Shown here: positions 1 through 12,200 of the stretch, in pieces
Position numbering within the stretch: position 1 is the stretch's first letter
Layout: every line of letters starts with the position of its first letter
The notes under the pieces: model-generated
Database searches by the model: none
What the model was told of the DNA's origin: nothing
Seen by the model: the letters and a program-made list of their open reading frames with translations, nothing else
From: Thermoplasmata archaeon
Lineage (GTDB): Archaea > Thermoplasmatota > E2 > JACPAO01 > JAHFTW01
Direction of reading: 5' to 3'
Length of the DNA: 64,000 bases
NCBI GenBank assembly: GCA_034667725.1
Contig: JAXDQS010000003.1
Location: 288,001 to 352,000, forward strand
Translations under genes and position numbers: made by a program

Positions 1-696
1 GCTCTGGTCGCTACCCACTAAAGTTTCAATCGCAATCCAATGATAAAGGAAAGAATCAAGGCCTTCTTCCGCTAACCCTCGCATATGCCAGTGCAAAGAG
101 AGCCTTGCGCCGAAGAGCCCATCGCCCATCTTATTAAAACAGGAATCGGCATTCGTGATTTCTGAATTCATTAAACTTTTGCCACCCACCGAAACAGGTG
201 GCATTGAACCAATCACTGATCGCGTTCCTCGGGCCGGGTCATATACATTCTCAAAAATTTGGAACTGGACTAGATATGGTCCAACCATTACGGCAACGAG
301 TCCAGCCAATTGATCAGCAATTCTCTTGGCCTTTTGGGCTCCAAATTCAAATTCCGTTTCATTGTGGGGACAAATGATGAGCAAGTTTGGCCCCGCCAAT
401 GTCGCATCTTGACTTGGAAGCGGCATTCCTACGTAATTTGCACCAGTTGAAGAGGGGGTGGCAAAAATCATACCGAACGGGCCCGCTGTTGTAATGCCCG
501 GTGGTGCGTTCGGAATGTAAATGACGGGTTCGTTGCTTCGAACAATCCAACCGTCCTCCAGTTTGACAATCAATTGATTCTGATTTGAGTCTGGATTGGT
601 CATCAGTTTGTACCCACGGACCCATACTTCTCGAGTCCCTGGGCGAGCCACTGCAAATTCTTCTATGAGCGCCTTTAGCCAAGGACTCCCAGGCAT
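1..696 (-). CDS. HEPN/ApeA/MauJ-like protein (partial, runs off left edge; not in ORF track)
   Basis: Manual translation from ATG at 696 is open for 232 codons to position 1 (MPGSPWLKALIEEF...ARLSLHWHMRGLAEEGLDSFLYHWIAIETLVGSDQS). The 'AL.W..GL....D.FL..WIA.E.L' helix pair resembles the start of HEPN domains in ApeA/MauJ-like proteins. GC is much lower than in the rest of the window. A CTTAAAAT TATA-like box lies about 25 nt upstream. Confidence 0.6.
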   Translation of the reverse strand, partial: MPGSPWLKALIEEFAVARPGTREVWVRGYKLMTNPDSNQNQLIVKLEDGWIVRSNEPVIYIPNAPPGITTAGPFGMIFATPSSTGANYVGMPLPSQDATLAGPNLLIICPHNETEFEFGAQKAKRIADQLAGLVAVMVGPYLVQFQIFENVYDPARGTRSVIGSMPPVSVGGKSLMNSEITNADSCFNKMGDGLFGARLSLHWHMRGLAEEGLDSFLYHWIAIETLVGSDQS

Positions 697-762
697 TGGC
701 CAACAAGATGTGGTTGCATTTTAAGGATAATGTAGGGACGCGCGTTTTCGCAGGGCCAGAGA

Positions 763-1725
763 CTACCTCAATCCCACCGCGAACTCTCCCACCAGCTGCG
801 CCGCCGTCCGCGCCGTCATCCCTCCAACGTCCAGGTTGGGGGCGACCTCCACCAGGTCCATGCCGCGCACCCGCGGATCCGCCGCCACCGTGCGCACCAA
901 CGTCGCCGCCTCGTCGAACGTCAAGCCGCCCGGCCCCGGCGCGCTGCATCCGGGCGCGATGGCCTGGTCGAGCCCGTCGATGTCCACGCTCAGCCACAAG
1001 TGCTCCGTGCCCTTGCCCGCTTCCTTGAGCGCCTGCCTTGCCACCCGTGCCATGCCGCGGCGCCGCACCTCGCCCACGGTGTGGACCTGGATGCCTTTGC
1101 TTGCGGCATAATCCGCCAGCACCTTGGTGTTGGCGAGCGGCCGGATGCCCACTTCGGCGAGGTTGGGCCCGCGCACCCGGCCGTCCAGCTCCTCCAGCAC
1201 GCGCCGGTACGGCGTCCCGCTCGTCGGCTGGCCTTCCCACGGCCGCACGTCGTAGTGCGCGTCCAGCACGACCAGGCCGATGGGCCCTGACGTCTCGGCC
1301 GAAAGCGCGTCGAGCACCGGGAAGCTGAGGGAGTTGTCGCCGCCCAGCACGACCAGCGGCTTGCGGTGGGCGAACGCCGGCCGCAGCGCGCGCTTCGCGG
1401 CGGCGTGCGCGGCCAGCACGTCCTCCTCCGGCAGCCCGGCGACGTCGCCGAGGTCGTGCAGCCGCAGGCTGGCGAGGTCGACGCGGGCGTCCGGGTCCCA
1501 GGTGGCAACATAGCGCAGCGCCTCGCGGATGGCGGTCGGGCCGCCGCGGGCGCCCTTGCGGCCGATGACTGCTTCGTCGAACGGGATGCCGCACAGCAGC
1601 ACGTCGGCGGCGGCGGGCGCGTCCACGAACAGGTCGAGGAGGCGCGGGTCCGGCGCGCCGTCGCGGCGCGGCGGCAGGCGGGCGGGGCTGGGCGCGAAGG
1701 CCATCGGGTCCGTGACCGCCGCCAT
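763..1725 (-). CDS. hutG: formimidoylglutamase (arginase/ureohydrolase family)
   Basis: Ureohydrolase motifs GGDNS, DAHYD, SVDIDGLD and EVAP. Divergent from hutI, with hutH and hutU nearby. Confidence 0.85.
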   Translation of the reverse strand: MAAVTDPMAFAPSPARLPPRRDGAPDPRLLDLFVDAPAAADVLLCGIPFDEAVIGRKGARGGPTAIREALRYVATWDPDARVDLASLRLHDLGDVAGLPEEDVLAAHAAAKRALRPAFAHRKPLVVLGGDNSLSFPVLDALSAETSGPIGLVVLDAHYDVRPWEGQPTSGTPYRRVLEELDGRVRGPNLAEVGIRPLANTKVLADYAASKGIQVHTVGEVRRRGMARVARQALKEAGKGTEHLWLSVDIDGLDQAIAPGCSAPGPGGLTFDEAATLVRTVAADPRVRGMDLVEVAPNLDVGGMTARTAAQLVGEFAVGLR

Positions 1726-1758
1726 CGCCTTGAAACCCCACCTCCGCTTGCCTGCCGC

Positions 1759-3021
1759 GTGCCCCCCGGCGACGCCGACAAGGCCGACCTCTTAATCCGC
1801 AACGCCACCGTGGCGACGATGGAGGGCCCGCGCAAGCCGCGCGACGGCTTCGAGGCGTCCGACTGCGCGCTGGAGGCGGGCTGGGCGGTCGCCGTCAAGG
1901 ACGGCCGCATCCTGTGGGTCGGGCCGGAGCCGGACTGGCGCGGCAAGACCGCCCGCGCCCTCGATGCGCGCCGCAAGCTGGTGACGCCGGGCTACGTGGA
2001 CAGCCATACGCACTTGGTGTACGCCGGCGACCGGGTCAACGAGCTGAAGATGAAGCTCGCGGGCAAGTCGTACATGGAGATCCTGGCGGCCGGCGGCGGC
2101 ATCATGCAGACCGTGCGGGCGACCCGCGAGGCAACCGAGAACGAGCTGGAGGAGCAGGCCACGGGACGGCTGCGCCGGATGCTGGAGCTGGGCACGACGA
2201 CGGTGGAGGGCAAGTCGGGCTACGGCCTGGAGACCAAGACCGAGCTCAAGCAGCTCGCGGTCGCGCCGCGCCTGCGCAAGCGGACGGGGATGGCGGTGGT
2301 CTCCACGTTCCTCGGCGCCCACGCCGTGCCGGAGGAGTTCAAGGGCCGCACCGACGCCTACGTGGACCTGGTGGTGGACGAGATGCTGCCCGCCGTGGGC
2401 GCGCAGGACATCGCGCGCTACTGCGACGTCTTCGTCGAGGAGGGCGTCTTCACCTTCGAGCAGGGCGAGCGCATCCTCATGGCGGCGAAGAAGCTCGGCT
2501 TCGAGACGCGGCTGCACGCGGACGAGATCGTCAACACCAAGGGCGCGGAGCTGGCGGCCAAGGTCGGCTGCGTGTCGGCGGACCACCTGCTGAACGTCTC
2601 GGACGCGGGCGTCCAGGCGATGGCCGACGCGGGCACCATCGCGACCCTGCTGCCCACCGTGCCGCTCACCATGATGAAGCCGCGCTGGGCCCCCGCCGCC
2701 AAGCTCCTGGACGCCTTGGTGCCGGTCGTCGTGGCCACCGACCACAACCCGAACAACCCGGTGCTGGACCTGGGCTTCGCGGCGCAGCTGGCCTGCTACT
2801 CCCTCGGCCTCAACGCGCCCCAGGCCCTCACCGCCGTCACCTGGAACGCCGCCTGCGCCTTGGGCGTGGAGGACAAGGTCGGCAGCATCGAGGCCGGCAA
2901 GGTGGCCAACCTGCTGGTGCACGACGCCCCCACCATCCACCACTGGGCCGCCGGGCTGGGCCACTCCAGCGTCGCGCACGTCATCCTCAACGGCAAGCTG
3001 GTCCCGCCCCGCGCCGCCTGA
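1759..3021 (+). CDS. hutI: imidazolonepropionase
   Basis: PGYVDSHTH, Y.EILAAGGGI, EGKSGYGL, LGAH, LHADEI, SADHL and TDHNP motifs. GTG start at 1759 is inferred; the track ORF from 1366 is over-extended. Confidence 0.93.
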   Translation: MPPGDADKADLLIRNATVATMEGPRKPRDGFEASDCALEAGWAVAVKDGRILWVGPEPDWRGKTARALDARRKLVTPGYVDSHTHLVYAGDRVNELKMKLAGKSYMEILAAGGGIMQTVRATREATENELEEQATGRLRRMLELGTTTVEGKSGYGLETKTELKQLAVAPRLRKRTGMAVVSTFLGAHAVPEEFKGRTDAYVDLVVDEMLPAVGAQDIARYCDVFVEEGVFTFEQGERILMAAKKLGFETRLHADEIVNTKGAELAAKVGCVSADHLLNVSDAGVQAMADAGTIATLLPTVPLTMMKPRWAPAAKLLDALVPVVVATDHNPNNPVLDLGFAAQLACYSLGLNAPQALTAVTWNAACALGVEDKVGSIEAGKVANLLVHDAPTIHHWAAGLGHSSVAHVILNGKLVPPRAA

Positions 3022-3236
3022 AGATGCAGGCAACTGCCTGCCTGCCGGCTCGTTGGTTGCGCATCCAGGTTCCACCTGCAACCAACCCCCTAGCCTCTCC
3101 TGGAGGCCCCGGGTTCGTCAGGAGGGAAACGGTCCATGGGCCGGTTCAGCGAAACCTGAACCCGTTCGATTCCTGACGCGAAATCCACCAGGAAAACAAC
3201 GGAAACCGGGGCCACGATCAGCCAAAAAGACCAAGA

Positions 3237-6200
3237 ATGTCCCAAGTGCGTCGGGCCGTCGTGTCCGCCCGTGCGCTGTCGCAAGCCCGGCCCCTCGTCG
3301 CCCTCCTGGCCCTCCTGATGGTGGTCGCCCCCGCCCTGGCGCCCGCCACCCAGGCCATCACCGTCGGCCCCGCCGACGTGACCCAGGCCGTCCAGGAGGT
3401 CCGCACCACGGCCACCAGCGCCAGCAGCAGCGCCCGCGCCGCCGTCACCGAGGCCGTCCTCGACGCCGCCGACCCCGCCCTCGACCTGGCCCTCGCGGAA
3501 CTGGACCAGGTCGAGGCCGAGGCCAACGCCGCCCGCGACCAGGCGCTGGCGCTCCTGGCCCAGGACGCGGCCTGGCGCGACGAGGTCCGCGCCATCCCCG
3601 AGGCGCTCTACGGCGTCCTGGCGATCCTCGACCAGACCCTTGCCGACGCCCGGCAGGCCGCCGACCCGCGCCCCTACCTCGCGCCGCTTTCGACCCTGGT
3701 CGCCGAGCAGGCCGCCCTGGTCGAAGAGCTGCGCGCGGCGGTCGCGGCCGCCACCGACGTCGCGCCCGACGCCCCGGTCGAGGCCGACGCCCCCGACGAG
3801 CCGACCGAGCAGGAGCACGTCCACGCCGCCGGCTACGGCGAGGAGGAGCACGCCGACGGCCAGGCCGGCCGCGTGTTCGCCGACGACCTGGCGGACGACC
3901 TCGGCCACCGCGCCTACTTCGCGATGGACCGCAACTGGGCCGTCGTCGGCGCCCCCATCAGTGTTGCCTCCCTGAGCAAGCCCGCCGCCACCCTGGCGGG
4001 CGTGCAGTGGCACTTCGACGAGCACCCCATCGCGGGCGTCGGCTTCGTCGGCGGCGACTCCGGCGCCAACGCCGCGGCCATCGTCCCGAGCTTCGAGGGC
4101 GACCGCCTCAGCGTCCGCCCGATGCGCTCCGGCCTGCACCACCTCACCCTCACCGCCACCTGGGAGGACGCCGACGGCACCCACCTCGACCGCGTCACGA
4201 CGCCCATCTACGTCGAGGACCCCGCCATCGCCACCCTCCAGGCGCTGCCGCCCCCCTCCGAGTGGGAGGCCGACGTCGTGGGTGCTCTCACCAGCCTCAA
4301 GCCGGGCGACGCGACGGGTGCAGGCGGCCTGGACGGCCTGCTGCTGCGCGACCGCCCCACGGTCCTCTTGATCTCCGACTTCCTCGGCGGCTACGACCCG
4401 CCCGCGGGTGTCGTCGCCCCGACCCAGGGCGCGCTCGACGCGCTGGCCGAGTCGGTGGCCAGCTTCGACCCGGACGCCGGCCTCGGCCAGATCGAGGCGT
4501 GGGGCGTCACCGACTACGGCGCCGACATCACCCACCACGGCGGCGCCATGGCCGCGACCCTGGTGGAGGCCGGCCTCGCCAACGTCGTGTTCGCAAGCGG
4601 CATCGACCCCGACACCGGCGTCCTCGACCGCGCCGCCATCCGCAACGCGCTGCTGTACGCCCAGCACTCCGGCAACATCGACGCCGTGCTGTGGGGCCTG
4701 CCCGCGAGCGCCTACCTGCCCGGCGTGCTGCAGAACGCCGCCCGCCCCAACCTGAACTTCCAGTCCACCCCCATGCTGCCGCTGGCGGCCGACGCGCCGC
4801 TGCCCGCCGCCGCCCGCGACTGGCGCGCCGCCCCGCTCATGCCGGCCGACACCTCGTCCGTGCTGACCGACCTCATGAAGCTCGGCTTCGCGCTCGACCC
4901 CGGCTCCGACGGCACCGGCCTCATCGGCCGCCTGCACGCCAACCTCGACCAGGTCTACAACCGCTACAAGCCGCTGGTCGAGGCCGTCCACAACGACCTC
5001 CAGTTCGACGCCTTCCTCCAGACCCAGCTGTTGGCGCTGGGCGAGCAGGGCATCCCCACCGTGGTCCCCGCCGAGGAGTGCGCCGCCCTCGCCTCGACCT
5101 ACATGACCGTGCTCGGCCTCGGCCACCTCGTCGGCACCTACACCGTCGCCGCCGGCACCAAGGACGACGGCGTCGACCCCACCAGCTGCAAGGGCCCCGA
5201 CCGCCGCGCCCACGGCCACGGCCAAGGCATCGACTTCGTCGCCGACCCCCGCCCCGCCAAGGCCACCCTGCTGGACGCCGTCCTCCCCGAGGCCCGCCTG
5301 ATTCCCTACGTCGAGGGCTCGCTGGGTGCTGCCGCCAAGGTCGCCGCCAAGCTGGCCGACCTGCGCTTCCGGCTGCGCGACGACGGCCACCCCTGGCAAG
5401 GCCAGGACCTCGCCGGCATCCTTGCCAGCCACGCCGAGTCGAGCGACCTCAGCCCCTGGGCCGAAGGCATCGGCTTCGTCGACGTCGACGGCATCCCCAG
5501 CACGCTGCCGCGCATGTTCGCCCGCCAGACGGGCGTCACCTTCCAGCCGTTCGACCTCGAGGCCGGCAAGGCCACCGGCTTCGCCCAGGTCGTCGTCACC
5601 GGCCCTGACGCCGCCACCGCCCTCGCCACCGCGGCCACCTGGGACGCCGAAGGCGGCACCCAGTGGCGCATGGCGGACGACGGGTGGGGCGGCCGCGCCG
5701 TCGAGCAAGTGACCCCGGAGACGCCGGGCCACATCGGCGTCCACCAAGGCGACAGCGTCGCCACCGCGGTCGCGCCCGACGTCACCATCGTCACGATGGA
5801 GCTGCAGGCCGAGCCCGCGACCACCTCCGGCGGCGGCTGGATGGGCACGCCGTGGGCGCCGCCGCGCGACTGGCTGCTCCCCGGCCTCTACTCGGGCCGC
5901 ACCTGGATCAGCACCTCCGCCGGCGTCCTCCAGCTTCCGATCAACCTCGGCGTCGGCACCATCGTGGACGTGTACCGCTTCCTCGCGCCCGACAAGCCCG
6001 TCGGCGACACGCTGGTCTGCCTCGCGCTCCCCGACATCGTCGGCGACGTGCTGGGCCTGCGCGAGACCAGCCACGAGCTGGGCCTCGACGAGCTCTGCCT
6101 CTACGTCGCCAGCACCGACGTGCACGGCATCGCGCGCTTCTACACGCCGCTGCCGGTCATCCCTTACAAGCTCATCTCCTGGTTCGACGGCCGCTTCAAC

Positions 6201-9200
6201 ACCCGCGGCGGCGGCATCGGCAAGGTGTACCCGCACATCGAGGTCGAGGACGTCGCGTTCCCGCTGCCCCTGAACCTGGCCGGCGCCGCGGCGTTCGCGG
6301 CCGAGGCCGTCGGCTCGGTCGCAGGCTACAACCCCCCGCCGCCCGACCAGCTCCCCGAGGAGGGCCTCCAACTGGGCTGGGCCGAGGTGGACGCCACCCC
6401 GGAGAACGAGACCCACCCCATCTTCGTGCGCGCCGACCTGCCCTACCCGCTGCTGTACGTCCCGATCAACATGACGTTCCAGCTCGCGATCGCCGTCAAC
6501 TGGCGCTACCGCGACAACATGGAGACCGACCACTTCGTCCCCGTGGCCACCACCGACGTCCTGGGCGTCCTCGACCTGCTCTCCGGCGGCCGCCTGCCCG
6601 GCTTCGTCAGCGACGTCTACTTCGAGGCCGTCCAGACCAGCGACGTGCTCACCAAGGCCGCCCAAGGCATCGAGGCGCAAGTGCTCGGCGCCGCCACCGA
6701 CCTGCCTGGCCTCAACGGCACCATCCTCGACGACATCCTCGGCCAAGGCGTCCTCAAGTCGCTGCCCGCCCTCAGCGACGTCCCCGGCACCTGCAGCTGG
6801 GGCTACGGCCATGCCACCAGCCCCGCGCTGACGCCCGAGATGGCGCCCATCCTGGCCGCCGACGACCACGCCGGCTGGAGTGCTGCCAGCTTCCTTGCCG
6901 ACAAGGTCCGCCCCGCCGTCGACCGCGAGGCCAAGGACCCCAACCAGTTCGCCTGGCCCGACACCCTGACGATGCGCAGCCGGCCCACCATCGAGAACCT
7001 GCTCACGATGGGCCTCAGCCTGCCGCTGTGCACCGCGGCCTACCCGTTCAACGTCCCGCAGCCGAACTACTACCCCACCTCCGTCGTCCACTCGTTCAAC
7101 CTCGGCATGGAGAACACCATCCTCATCGTCTGCATCTCCGCCGGCATGGACACGGTGTGCTGGATCATCCTCGCCGGCCCCGAAGGCCCCGCCATCATCG
7201 TGCCGTGGGACCTGGACGCCAAGCTGCGCGAGCTGCTGAAGGAAGCCAACGGCCTCGTCAACTTCGGCATCGAGCCGCTGCCCGAGCCCGCCGACCCGAC
7301 CCTCGCGGACCTCACCGCCGGCATCCGCGGCCTCGCCAACGTCCCGCAGCTCAACGTGGACCTGCCCGTCCTGCCCGGCATCCAGGTCGGCGGGGACGGC
7401 GGCCGCATCACGCTGGCCACCGACCTCGTCACGGCCGGCGCCCAGAGCGGCCTCATCACCTACACCGCCATCCCGCTCGCGGTCGCCGACACCGGCCTGC
7501 TGGACCCCATCGTGGGCATCCTCACGGCCAACGGCATCGACGTCGCAAGCCTCGCCCGCAGCGCCCGCATCGACATGGGACTGCCCGGCGGCGGCCTCGT
7601 CGACGGCGCCGTCAACGTCACCGCCGACCTGCCCGCCCTGCTGCGCGACTCGATCCAGGACCTCCTGGGCATCGAGTCCAAGGTCGCCATCTCGCGCGGC
7701 AGCCTCGACCTCAACGCCTGGTGGTGGGACGACTCGTTCTTCGACGCCCCCATCGCCCTCAACGCCCACCTGCCCCGCTCCACCACGACCGACTGCCTCC
7801 GGAGCTGGGACGTCGCCACCGACCCGGACCTCATGGCCGGCCCGCGCTGGCCCGCCGACGGCGACGACCCGACCTGCCTGCGCGACGCCGACGGCGACAT
7901 CGTCCTCCAGTCCGGCACCGTCGGCACCCCGAACGGCGGCTTCGACCTCGGCGAGGACTGGTGGTGGCGCACCTTCCCCAACGTGGACCGCCAATTGTTC
8001 GAGCGCGGCATGCGCTACTGGGACCCCGCGACCCTGGTGCCCGACCGCGCCGCCATGCAGGCCGACGGCTACCCGTGGGCCCAGCCCGAGATGTTCGAGG
8101 TGCTGCTGGAGCAGTTCGACGACGAGGAGATCACCGGCACGCTCCCGAACCAGAACCACTTCCACGCCGGCAACGGCCACAACGCCCACGACTTCGTCAG
8201 CACCGCCGCCCACTGCACCCGCGAGCAGGTCTACGACACCATCACCGGCGACCCGCTCCTGAACGAGAACGGCGAATACTGCTACGAGGGCCTGCTGGCG
8301 TTCGAGGAGGGCAACGGCTACCTGTTCCACGACAACACCCGCGACGGCTCCGGCATCTACGACCCGGACATGGGCCTCGGCGGCGTCGACGCGAAGCTGC
8401 TCCCGCTGCTGGACCTGCTCGGCGCCCCCACCGTGGCCAACCCCGTCGTCTGGTCGCTCGGCTTCGAGTGGGGCGGCACCCGCGCCACCACGCCGGGCCT
8501 GGTCGAGAACGTCACCGGCCACGACCCGCGCGAGCTCGACTGGTGGTCCCGCGGCGTGAGCTTCACCGCCAACCGCACCATCTACTCGGACCAATACAGC
8601 AACACGACGCTGCTCTTGGGCGACCACTTCAAGCCGTGCGAGGAGATCTCGCTGTTCAGCCGCGCCCCATTGTTCCGCATGGACGGCGTCTACGACAAAC
8701 GCCCGCGCTGGCAGGTCGCCTGCCCCATGCTGCCCGGCCCCACCGCCGTGCTGGCCCGCCAGGCCGACCCGACCCTCCCCGTGGGCTACGTGCCCGCCGG
8801 CTTCGCCGACCCCGCGGCGCCCGCCTACTGGGACTGGCAGCCGCGCCGCATGGACATGGGCCCCGACGCGCAGCTGCTGACGGCGCCCACCGTCGACGGC
8901 TGGGTCCAGGACGGCCCGCTGCTGGCGCCCTGGCTGGAGGCGCCCAGCGAGGCGCCCGAAGGCCAGGCGTGGTTCGCCAACGAGGGCGTCCGCTGCCGCC
9001 GCGAGCGCTGGATGGGCTGGGCCCCTGGCGCCGACGCGCAGGCGCGCCAGGCCGCCATCGTGCGCTTCTACGGCCAGCAGGCGCAGGACGTCCACGAGGT
9101 GCGCGTCGTCGTGCCCGAGGCCGGCCGCAGCAGCCTGTCCGGCTTCAAGGACGAGTGCGCCACCTATGACGGCTGGACCTACTGGGTCCGCGCCGACGTC

Positions 9201-12200
9201 GGCTTCAACGGCGGCGCCGTGCCGCGCTGGAACGCCTACATCCGCAACCTGCACCCGCTCTACAGCAACGGCACCTTCGCCGTCAACCTGGAGGCGTGGA
9301 ACCAGTGCCGCGCCACCGCCGACCACAAGCTCGACGGCTGGTCGTGCGCGGCCCCCGACCCGATCGCCCAGGCATGGCGCGACCTCCTGGCCCAGGCCGC
9401 CGTGCGCCACGAGGAGTACGTGCAGCCGACGACGGGTGCTGCCGTCACCACGCCCCTCACGGACGACGTGGTGGACCGCTACTGGGTCGCCAAGGCGCTC
9501 GACTTCTTCGGCATGAACGTCCAGGAGTCCGGCTACGACTACGACGGCGCCACCGACCCGACGGCGGCGCCCGCCGGCGTGCCCGTCGGCCCCGACCGCA
9601 CCGAGCGCGTCGTCACCGTGCCCCTGGCCGCCAACCCCGACGGCTGGTATGGCCTGAGCCCCGACGCCACCGAATGGGACGCCTTGTTCCACAACCTGGG
9701 GTTGCGCCAGGCCGACTGGAACCCCAACGACCCCAGCGTGCAAGTGGGCGGCATGGCGCTGCTGCAAGACTCGCTGGCCGACCTGTCGTTCCTGCTGCGC
9801 GCCTACCTCGAAGGCGACCAGGCCGCCGCGCTCGCGTGGCTGGCCTCGGAGCGTGCCCACCCGACGCTGGCAGACCCTGAGATCCGCAAGGCCGACTACT
9901 ACGAGGCCGCCCCCGCCTGGACCGGCGCCACCACCGGCCCCAACCCGTTCTGGACCGACGTGTCCGGCCACCTCGTGCCCTACGTCGAGCTCGACCGCCC
10001 CCGCCGCGACCCGACCGGCGCCCCCTGCGTCGGCCACTTCTGGCTCGGCGAGTGCCATCGCTTCGAGGTCAAGATGGACGCTGGCGACCTCACCGGCATC
10101 CGCGCCGCCGGCCCGTGGGAGAAGGACCGCGCCGCCAACGGCGCCCCGCTTCCCAAGGACAAGACCGCCTTCATCCCGCAAGGCTCCTCCTACGCCCGCT
10201 GGAACCGCCAGCACCGCGTCCCCGTCGACCTCGCCGTCGACGGCGGCCTCGCCATCGACGAGCTGCACGCGCTGCCCGCCACCGTGTCGTCCTGCCCCGG
10301 CGCGGCCACCGATTTCTGGATCCGCACCGCCGAGGCCCGGCACGCCCCCGACGGCTGGACCGCCGCGTTCCTTGGCCCCGCCGGCGCCCCCACCGCCAGC
10401 CTGCCCGGCTGGTGGACGATGACCGCGTGCGCCGTCGACACGACGCCCTGGGAGGCCTGGGCCGCCCTGGTCCACTTCGAGCCCGGCGCCCACACCGACC
10501 CCGTGTCGTACGCGCTGCCGCCCGCCCTCGGCGCGGCGTTGCTGCCCGGCGACGACGTCGGCGCCGTCAAGCTGCTGCACGCCTACTACACGTTCGGCGA
10601 GACCGACCCCAACGACCCGATCGGCAAGGCCCGCGTCACCGTCACCACGCGGGAGGCGCCCAGCGCCGAGCACCCGCTCGGCCGCGACCTCGGCTGCTGG
10701 ATCGACCGCCGCGCCCAGCACGGCACCGTGCCCCACCTGGAGTTCCGCCAGTTCGACACGACGTTCTGGAACGGCGTGGTCCGCAGCGGCTTCTACCACA
10801 ACGTCGAGGAGAACGCCCACCAGTCGTGGAACGGCGTCTCCGGCCTCGGCGGCCTGCTGTCGGGCGACGACTACGACGCCCAGTACGATGAGCCGGTGCC
10901 CGCGACCCGCTACGGCCCCTGGTGCGTCGTCCCCGGCGAGGGCGGCGACCCCGTCCTGGTGCCCGCCCGCAGCGACCGCGAATACATCCAGCAGCGCCTT
11001 GCGTGGAACATGCAGGGCGGCACCCGGCACGCCAACCGCACCATGCTGGCGCCCGCCAACCCGTTCGGCCCTGTCGGCCGCCCGATGGAGGACAGCCCGC
11101 TGCAGCTCGACGTCGGCGCCCTCCTGCGCCTGCTCGATGCCCTGCTGAACGACGTCACAGCCCTTGCCGACCTCGGCATCCCGGTGCCCGACCTGAGCGG
11201 CGCCGTCGCAGGCGTCGTCGCGGACACCCGCCTCCTCAACCACACGGGCGACATCGCCCAGGCCGCCAAGGATCTGCGCACCACGCTGGAGGCGCTGCCC
11301 ATCGACATCGGCATCGAGGCGTCGGCGCCGGACCTGGTCCGCTTCGACCTCGCAAGCCCCGTCGTGCCCCTGGCCCGCGTCAGCATCGCCAGCGACGTCA
11401 CCGTCGCCGAGGCGGCGCTGCGCCAGACGCACAGCTTCCCGCCCGGCACGCAAGGCATCTTCCTGGCGTCGCTCGACGGCGAGACCTGGCATCACCTGCC
11501 CGGCCGGCTGCGCGTCGGCGTCACCAGCGGCGACGCCGAAGCCGGCGAGCGCATGGAGTTCCTCGACCTGAGCGCCTTCCGCGGCCAGAGCGTCCTTTTG
11601 GGCACCCAGTTGCTGGGCGCCGGCTGGGGCGACGCCTCCTGGCGCATCGACGGCCTGCAGGCCTACGGCACGGGGGTCGCCACCGGCGTCGGCCCTGCCA
11701 TGGACGCCTTCCCGGGCAGCCTGGGCGGCGCCGTCGCGTTCGACCCGCCGCACACGCCCGGCCAGACCTGGGCGTCGCTCGGCGCGCTGGCGCCCGGCTC
11801 CGTCGTCCACCTCAAGGCGCCCCTCACCATCCCGACCGGCCAGACCCTGACGCTCAACGGCGTCAAGCTGGTGGCGGGCCGCTGCGGCGCCGCCGCCTGC
11901 GCCATCACCGTCGATGGCACGCTGCGGATGACCGGCGGCGAGATCGCGCCGGCCACGGTCGCCGCGCCCGACGCCAGCCAGGTCGCCCAAGGCGCCCTCG
12001 TGCAGGTGCACGGCCTGCTGGAGGCCAGCGGCACCACGCTGCGCGGCCTGCTCGGCGGCATCCACGTCCTCGGCGGCAAGCTCGTTGCCCGCGACTGCTG
12101 GGTCGTCGACACCGGCGTCCTCGGCATCGCGAGCCTGTTCGGCGAGCTCGACGTCCAAGACTGCGTCTTCATGGGCCAGACCGTCGGCCTCTACACCCTC

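Noticed and set aside
763-1725. Agmatinase or arginase
   Set aside because: The GGDNS motif and the context with hutI, hutH and hutU favour formimidoylglutamase.
359-1741. 460-aa minus-strand ORF from the track
   Set aside because: It is an alternative-frame overlap of hutG (Arg/Pro-rich) running into the low-GC gene in the wrong frame. The real low-GC ORF is 696 to <1.
3022-3236. Structured RNA or tRNA upstream of the giant gene
   Set aside because: It contains GGTTC/GTTCGA words, but I could not build a cloverleaf or consistent long stem. It is more likely a promoter/regulatory region.
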